From IMG/VR virus record IMGVR_UViG_3300044450_000301, positions 1-45,738 of that record: a DNA stretch of 45,738 nucleotides, one strand, 5' to 3'. Under the pieces are notes generated by a model. The model did not search any database and had not been told where the DNA came from. It saw only the letters and a program-made list of their open reading frames with translations. This document shows, one piece after another, positions 17,644 to 26,000 of this stretch (the first letter of the stretch is position 1; each line of letters starts with the position of its first letter). The stretch is from a virus (Duplodnaviria > Caudoviricetes). Position numbers and translations under genes: made by a program.

Positions 17644-19884
17644 ATGGTGAAGGTTCCTGAATACCAGCCAAGCGTACAGACGCGGCCGATCTTTCAATCC
17701 GACTTCACGGTTCGCGCCAATGCTGAGGACATGGGCGCACCGGCTGCGCGCGGCGTGGAAGCAATGGGGCGCGGCATAGGGCAGTTGGCGCGCGGCGTTT
17801 CCGATCTCGGGGATGCCTTTGCGGCCATACAAGACTTGGAGGACACGACGCGGGCGAAGGAAGCCGACAACAATTATGCCGCCTGGGTGCGCGAGCGCAT
17901 GTATGGCGACAACGGCTTCATGACGCTGGAGGGCAAGAGCGCGGTCGACGGCCGGCGCGCATTCGAGGCTGAGGCTGAACAGAAGCGCAAGGAGTTTGGC
18001 GGCGATCTCACTCCCGGCGCTCAGCGGCGCTACAGCGATGCCAGTCAAGCGCGGCTTCAATCGGTGCTGGAGCGATCGATCGTCCATACCGCAAACCAGC
18101 GCAAGCAATGGGTGAAGGACGCCAGCGCCGCGCGGCTCGATACCTTCGCTGAGGACGCGCTTGCCGCATATGGCGATCCCCGCCTTGTCGACAAGAACAT
18201 CGCGGCCGGCCAGGCCGAAATACGCGAGCAAGCCAAGCTGCTCGGGTGGGATGCCGACACGACGAAAAACCGGGAAGCCGAGTTTGTTTCGAGTGTTCGC
18301 GTCAATGTCGCCATGCGAACGATGATCGATGATCCGGTCGCGGCGAAAGCCTATTATGAGAAGCACAAGGATCAGATTACCGGCCCGCACCAGATGAAAT
18401 TTGATGAGGCGGTGAAAATCCCGCTCCTGAACGAAAACGTGAAACGGAACACCGATAAATTCATGCAATCGGTGGGTGTTGGCGCGGCGTCAAGCGCCAA
18501 GGATGTCGTCCGCGGTTTCGAGGGCTATCGCGATACGCCGTATTGGGATGTGAACGCCTACCGCATCGGCTTCGGGTCAGACACGGTGACAAAGGCGGAC
18601 GGTTCGGTTGTTCGCGTCACGCCGGGCATGAAGATCACGCGCGCCGATGCTGAGCGCGATCTGCAGCGTCGGCTCACCAAAGAGTTTATTCCGGGCATCA
18701 TCAAGATGGTCGGGCAAGACAAGTGGTCGCGCCTGCCGGGGCCGGCGCAAGCCGCTCTCGCGTCCGTGGCCTATAACTACGGATCGTTGCCGTTCATCGT
18801 GGCGAACGCCGTGGTGATGGGTGATATCGAGGATATCGCTCAGGCGGTCGAAAGCCTCAAGGGTCACAACGCTGGAGTGAATGAAGGCCGGCGCATGAAA
18901 GAGGCCGCGATCATTCGTGGCATGACTGGCATTTCGATCCAGAGCGCCGCCGCAATGCCCAGCTTCGGATCGATCGAGGAATACCTGAAAGGGATCGATG
19001 ATCCCCAGGAGCGCGAGCTTACGCGCAAGGCGATCTATGCCCAGCTTGAAGCCGCCAAGAAAGCAGAGCAAGCCCAGCGTGAAGCCTATCAGGCTGAGGC
19101 GTTCAACCTGATCGAGACAGACAACATCAACCCGTTCGAACTTCCGCCGTCCGTCACAACCGCGATCGGCATGGACGGCATGTCGAGCCTGATGACGTAT
19201 TGGGAAAAGAAGCAGTCGGGGCAGGAGATCGAGACTGATCCCCAGCTTCTCTATGACATGCAAACCCTCTACGCGACCAATCCGGCCGAGTTCGGCAAGA
19301 TCAACCTCATGGATTACAAAACGCAGCTTTCCGATGAGGACTGGAAAACCGTCAACGGCTGGAGGCAAAACGCGCTGACCGATCAGCGCAAGGCGCAAGA
19401 GGACGGGATCACGCTCACATCGGCGTTCTCCCAGGCGTCAACCCAGCTTGAAGCTGTCGGGATTACAACGGTCGGTAAGGAGGGCAAGTCACGGCAGGAG
19501 GCAGCGGACAGGATCGCCCGCTTCCAAAACGTGCTGGCGCAGGAATTGGAGGCGTTTAAACGCGCAAATGATGGAAAAGCGCCGACACAGATGGATATCC
19601 AGTCGATGATCAATCGGCTGCTGCTGCCGATCGTGATCCGGCAAGAGAAATCGATGTGGAACCCGACAAAGACGCCGTGGTCATCGACCTTCGGGCAGGA
19701 GGGTTTCCTGTTCGAAGCAGGCATGCGGCCGGACGGGTCGACCGTCGATGTCGACGTTCAATACTCCGACATTCCGATCGATCTCAGGCGCGGGATCGCG
19801 CGCGACCTGGAGCGCGAGCTTGGCCGCAAGCCGTCCGACGATGAGGTTGTCGATCGGTATGAGCAAGTGATCCTGGATCAGTAG
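17644..19884 (+). CDS. Internal virion protein with central GH24-like lysozyme domain
   Basis: Helical protein with FEGYRDTPYWDVNAYRIGFG, AALASVAYNYG, RRMKEA. Confidence 0.85.
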   Translation: MVKVPEYQPSVQTRPIFQSDFTVRANAEDMGAPAARGVEAMGRGIGQLARGVSDLGDAFAAIQDLEDTTRAKEADNNYAAWVRERMYGDNGFMTLEGKSAVDGRRAFEAEAEQKRKEFGGDLTPGAQRRYSDASQARLQSVLERSIVHTANQRKQWVKDASAARLDTFAEDALAAYGDPRLVDKNIAAGQAEIREQAKLLGWDADTTKNREAEFVSSVRVNVAMRTMIDDPVAAKAYYEKHKDQITGPHQMKFDEAVKIPLLNENVKRNTDKFMQSVGVGAASSAKDVVRGFEGYRDTPYWDVNAYRIGFGSDTVTKADGSVVRVTPGMKITRADAERDLQRRLTKEFIPGIIKMVGQDKWSRLPGPAQAALASVAYNYGSLPFIVANAVVMGDIEDIAQAVESLKGHNAGVNEGRRMKEAAIIRGMTGISIQSAAAMPSFGSIEEYLKGIDDPQERELTRKAIYAQLEAAKKAEQAQREAYQAEAFNLIETDNINPFELPPSVTTAIGMDGMSSLMTYWEKKQSGQEIETDPQLLYDMQTLYATNPAEFGKINLMDYKTQLSDEDWKTVNGWRQNALTDQRKAQEDGITLTSAFSQASTQLEAVGITTVGKEGKSRQEAADRIARFQNVLAQELEAFKRANDGKAPTQMDIQSMINRLLLPIVIRQEKSMWNPTKTPWSSTFGQEGFLFEAGMRPDGSTVDVDVQYSDIPIDLRRGIARDLERELGRKPSDDEVVDRYEQVILDQ

Positions 19885-19964
19885 AAGATGACGGCGATCG
19901 CGGTGATGGCCGCGCCAACTATCAGCGGGCTAATAGCAACGTAGAACAGAAATTTCCCGGTCAT
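19878..19964 (-). CDS. 28-aa single-TM peptide on the antisense strand
   Basis: MTGKFLFYVAISPLIVGAAITAIAVIFY fills the gap between two internal-virion genes. Confidence 0.45.
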   Translation of the reverse strand: MTGKFLFYVAISPLIVGAAITAIAVIFY

Positions 19965-20006
19965 CGCCAGCCGGCTTGATTGTCTACTCACAGGGTTCCT
20001 CCATAA

Positions 20007-23000
20007 ATGTTCACTCTCGCAGAATATGAGCGCTGGAAAGCTGAACGGCAAGAGAACGGCGTCGGGGCGGCGCAAGTCGTCATCGGATCGGTTAACGAAA
20101 AGCCGGACGATCTGGCCGGTGATCTGATGCTTGCCAATGAGTTCGGCAAGGCAACGGGCAATCCGGTGCCGCCGCTGCCACTGGTCAAGGAATACCGCAA
20201 CGTTTTTCAGGAGGCGGTAGAACGCGAGAAGAACAAGACTATCCTGTCGGGCGCTCCGGTCCTGACGGAATGGTTGCGTGATCCTGAAAACGCGACACTG
20301 GCGCGCGACGATCTGACTGGCCTGTCATGGTGGGAAACCGTTTTTGGAGCCGGCCGCAACGCGGTCGGGCGCGGCATCCTTCGCGTTCCTCAGTCCTTCA
20401 ATCAGTGGATGGCGCATGAGGCTGCGAAGCGCGCCGATGACGCGGACCGGTCGTTCGGGGATATCCTGGGCGATGAAATGGCGATCCGCAATTCTGCCGG
20501 CGAAGTGGCAGGCGCAACCCATCTGCCCGGTCCCGATGATCTCTTTTGGGCCGGCTCGCGGTTCCTGACTTCCCGGCTGGCTGGGCTCTACAGCGATCAG
20601 GAGGCGAATGCGGCCGAATACCAGCGGCGCGTTGGCGAGATCGCGAACCGGATTGCGGACATTCCGATGTCGCCGGCCGGTGAACGTTTCAAGCAAGCCT
20701 ATGTGGCGTTGGAACCGACCGGCGACCTACGCGGCGATCTCTCCAGTTTCATGAGCGCCGTCGCCGCCGATCCGGGCGGCTTCATGGCGTTCCTGACCGA
20801 AACGGCTGCGGAAAGCGCACCGTCGCTCGCCGCCGCGACCGCGACGATGATGGCGACGCGCAACCCCACGGCCGGCGCGATCATGCTTGGCGCGTCGTCG
20901 GGCCTGACGGAAGCGGGCGTTGCGCCGGCTGAGTTCTTTGCCGAGATGGGCATCGATATCTCGACTGAGGAAGGGGCGCTTCAAGCGATCTCCGATCCCG
21001 CGATCATGAAGGCTGCGGCCGATCGCGGCCTTACGCGAGGGCTGATCATCGGCGCGCTGGACGGCCTGTCGGGCGGGATCGCCGGGCAACAGCTTGCCGC
21101 GTCGCCGCTGGGCAACATGGTCCTGCAATCGATCGTCCAGGCCGTTCTTGGCGGGGCGGGCGAGGGGCTGGCGCAAGTTGCCTCGGGGCAGGACTTCAAC
21201 ATCAATGAGGTGCTGATCGAGGCGCTGGCCGAATTTGTCACGGCTCCCGTAGAGGTGGCCGGCGTTGGCGGTCGCGGATATCTCAGCGCCGTTCGCAAGG
21301 CGCGCGAGGCCGAAAACCGCAAGGCGCTTTTTGCCGAGCTTTCCGGCCAGGCGCAAAACTCGAAGCTGCGCCAGCGCATGCCCGATCGGTTCCGCGAATT
21401 TGTCGAGCGCGCAACCGCGAACGGGCCGGTCGAAAACGTCTATGTCCCGGCCGATCAGTTCGTCCAGTATTTCCAGGGCATCGGCGTCGATCCCTTCGCC
21501 CTGGTCGATGAGCTTGACGGCGTGAGCGCCGACGATCTCGACATCGCCCTTGCCGGTGGTGGCGATCTCCAGATACCGACCGCGACCTATGCCGCGAAGA
21601 TCGCGGGTTCGGAGCATGACGCATTCCTGATGGAAAACATGCGCTTCGATCCTGACGCCTTCACGGCGCGCGAGGCGGCTGAGTTCAACGCGCGGGCGCA
21701 AGATGCGCTCGAAGAAGCTTGGGAAGTAGCTGAGGCCGTTCGGCTGGAGCAAGAGGAATTGCGCTCCTTCGAACAGGAAATCTATGACACGATGGTTTCG
21801 CGCCTTCGCGCGGCCGGACGCGGTACGGATGTCGCGACGAATGAGGCAATGCTGTATCCGGCCTTTTACCGCGTGATGGCCGAGCGCTCAGGCATGACGA
21901 TCGAAGATTTCATGTCGGCCTATCCGCTGCCCCAGGTGCGCGGCGATCTTCCCGAGGGCATGCAATACCGCGACGTTGACGCGCTCAATCGAACGTTGGC
22001 GGAAGCGCGCGCGCGGCGTAAGGCCGGACTCGACAGGCGCGGCCCGTCTCTGCTGGAGTTCATCGACAGCTACGGCGGCATGGTCGACGTGGGCGGCGAA
22101 TTGCGCGCCCGCGACGCCGAAACTGTGAAGCGCGGGAAGGGCAGGAAAACCCTCAAGCTGGCGCGCAGCGGCGTCGGCGCTGCTGTGAGCGATATGTTCG
22201 GCGGGCGTTCTGGCAGGAAGCACGGCTATGAGGATATCGCCCAGGCGGCGATCGAAGCCGGGTATATGCGGGACAATCCGATCGCCAACGAATATCGGGA
22301 AGCCATGCGCGAGGGGCGCGAGGTTCCCGATATTCGGCTGGCGTTGTTCGAAGCAATCGATCGCGAACTTGCCGGCGAACCAGACTTCGCGACCGAAGCC
22401 GACGCCAGCGCCGATGCGCAGGCCGACCTTGACCGGATAGAAGAATACCTTGCGCAGATTGGCGCATCGCTCGATGACGATGACGCGGCGATCCGCGACG
22501 CGATCGAAGCGGATCAGGCTGGCCGGCAGTATGGGCAATTCGCGGGCGCTCGGGCCGCGACGCTCGACCGATCCGGGTTTATGCGCGCCCAGGACATGCG
22601 CGATGCCGGCGCGACGCGCGACGAAATCTATGACGAAACGGGGTTCTTTGTAGGGCCGGATGGTCGGTGGCGCTTCGAGATCAGCGACGCCGACGCCGAA
22701 TTGCGAACTGGCGCTTTCGATCGGTTTAGCGGCCGAATGACGGCGAGCGCGACTGATCTACGGCAAGTCCTTCACCATCCCAAGCTGTATGAAGCCTATC
22801 CGCAATTGCTGGATATGTGGGTCGATCTGTCGATCAATCCGAAAAACCAGAACAAGGGAACCTTTTTCGGGGATGCGCCGCGCATCGCGGTCGAGGCAAA
22901 GACAATCGAGAAGGCCCGATCGATATTGCTTCACGAGATCGCTCACGCAATCCAGCATATCGAAGGGTTTGCCACTGGTGGGAACCTGTCGATGGGCGAG

Positions 23001-26000
23001 GCGTATTCTGGCGCTCAGGTCGAGTTTTTGCAGAACGACATCCGGCAACTGGAGGCCGATCTAGAGAAGGCTTATGCGAACCTCGATCGCGACAAGATCG
23101 ATGAGCTGACAACCTCTCTGGAGGCTGCTCAGCGTGGATTGGTGCGCGCTGCGAAATACGAATATTACCGGCGCATTGCTGGCGAAGTGGAGGCGCGCAA
23201 CGTTCAGACGCGCGATCGAATGCAGCGCCGCGCCGATGGTAACAACAAGACCTGGGAGAACATTCTTCGCGAGGATGGCATTGACCCAAAGTCGCCGGAA
23301 GGCATCGCATGGCTTGGTGGTGAGGGCTGGCAGGAAACAGTCGATGCGCCGTGGTGGACCGCTGACGTTACCGACGACAAGATCATTATCGTTCGATCGG
23401 ATGAGGCGGGCGAAGCATATAAAGCGCTGTCAGCCGGTTATCGCGGGCAGCATGAAGCGCCAGGCCGCGATGGCGGCGCACCGCTTCACGATCTCACAGG
23501 CGGCGGAGAGGTCTATCCAGACGATATATACAGCGACAAGGCCGCTCAGTATTACGGCCATTTTGGCGGCGGATCGCCACTCGATCGCGAGACGATCAAG
23601 ATCATTCACTCATTCAAGGGTAAACCTGACGCCAAGGTGACGATCTACCGCGCCATCCCTTCGGAGATTGATGCCGAGATCAATCCCGGTGATTGGGTTA
23701 CGGTCAATCGAAACTATGCCGTCGACCACGGCGAAACGGCGCTTCGCGGTGACTACAAGATTATCGAAAAGGAAGTGACGGCCGGCGACGTTTTCACCAA
23801 CGGCGACAGCATTCACGAGTTTGGATATTCGCCAGTCGGCCCTCTCATCCTCTATCAGCCCGCGTATCACGGCAGTCCGCACCTGTTCGACAAATTTTCG
23901 ACCGATCACATCGGCACGGGCGAGGGCGCTCAAGCGTTCGGCTGGGGGCTCTATTTCGCTGGCAAGAAAGAGATCGCAGACTATTACCGGCAGACGTTGG
24001 CCGGCGAGACCTTCACAACCGCTGACGGCGCAACGTGGTCGCCGGATAGTTTGGAGCATTTGAACGTCCGCGTCGCCGCCCGAAAGAATGGCGTCGATAT
24101 CGACGCCACAATTGCCCGCGCTCGGGAGCTTCTTGAAACCGCGACAGATCAAACCCGCGAAATTCTGGAAGGAGATATTGCGTCTCTAGAAGGGTTGAAA
24201 GCTCGCGGGCCGCTGACATTCAACTCGGGCCGTGTTTTCGAGGTCGATATTCCCGCCGACGATGAGTTGCTGATTTGGGATTTACCGCTTGATCAGCAGC
24301 CGGAACGGGTAAGAGCGGCTATTGAGGCCGCGCTGACGCGCCAACTGAATACGTCGATGGAGAGGGGCGAGGATTGGGCGGTTTCTGCTTGGGACAATCT
24401 GCTCAACGAATGGGACTGGTCGGAAGAGACTGGAGAGGATTTTTACAAGGCAATTGGAGGCCGGCTTGATCGCGATCCGCTAAGCGGTGAAGGGTCGGGC
24501 GGATCGTTCGATGACAAGGGAAACCCGCGCGCCCGGCTGGCTTCGGTCTGGCTGTCGGAGATCGGAGTGCCAGGCCATCGATATCTTGACGGTGTATCGC
24601 GCAATCCGGCCGGCGCACCATCGACAGACGGCGACACTTACAACTATGTCATCTATGACGACAGCCGCATCAACGTCACGCGGTTCGAACAATCCGGCGA
24701 CGTGCGCGGCGCGCGCGGCTCGATCCAATTCCCTGCCGGTGGCGTCGGCAATGGCGATACGGTCGTGCGGCTTTTCCAGTCGGCCGATCTGTCGACCTTC
24801 CTGCACGAAAGCGGCCATTACTTCCTGACCGTGCTGCGCGATCTCGCCACGAAAGGCGAGGGCGGCGCGGTCGCTGATTTCGACACGATCAAGGCGTGGT
24901 GGCTTTCGAACGCGGGTGATGTTGCGAAAGACGCAATGCGCGTCATGCCCGATGCGAATGTCGCATCGGATGACGTGATCCGCGCCATCGAAAGCGGCGG
25001 CACTGGCGATGTCGTGAAAGATGCCGCGATCGATGTCGGAATGCAGGAGCAATTCGCGCGCGCCTTCGAAACCTATCTCATGGAAGGCAAGGCTCCATCG
25101 ATCGAACTCAGGACGGCATTCGAGAAATTCCGCGCCTGGCTGATCTCGATCTATCAGCGGCTCGCCGGGCTCGACGTGAAGGTGTCGGACGATATTCGCG
25201 GCGTGTTCGATCGCATGATCGCTTCCGATGCCGAGATCGCCCAGGCCCAGGCTGAGGCCGGCGCGACCGGCCCGCTGTTCGCGACCGCTGAGGAAATGGG
25301 GCTCACGCAAGCTGAGTATGACGCATTCCTCAAACTGCGCGTCCAGGCTGAGGATGAGGCAAAGGCGCGATTGCTTCGCGTGGCGATGGCTCCAGTCAAG
25401 CGCGCTCGGGAAAAATGGTTCAAGGATGAGCGCGCCAAGGTGCGCGATGAGGTCGAGCGCGAGGTCAACGCGCATCGCTACTATCGCGCCCTGGAGTGGA
25501 TGGGCAATCGCCGCTGGCTGGGCGAAGGCAAGCCCGAAAGCCTGCCGGATATCCGCCTGTCGAAAGACATCCTTGTCGATCGCTATGGCGAGGGCGTCCT
25601 GAAAACGCTGCCGCGCGGAAAGCAGACGATCTACGCGCTGGAGGGCGGGATCGATCCCGATGACGCTGCCGGGTGGTTCGGCTTCGATAGCGGCGATGAA
25701 ATGATCAAGGCGCTGGAAACCGCGCCGCCGCGCAAAGAGGCGATCGAGGCCGAAACCGACAAGCTGATGCGTGAGCGCCACGGCGATCCGCTGAATGACG
25801 GCTCGATCGAGGCTGAGGCTCTGGACGCCGTTCACGTCGACAAGCGCGGGCAATGGATCGCCGCCGAACTGAAAGCCGTTGTCGAGGTCGCGGAAACCGG
25901 GATCGCCATGACGGCAAAGGAAGCCCGCGCCACGGCCCGCGACACGGTTTCACGGATGCGGGTCCGCGACGCCATGAACGTCAATCGCTTCCTGACGGCT

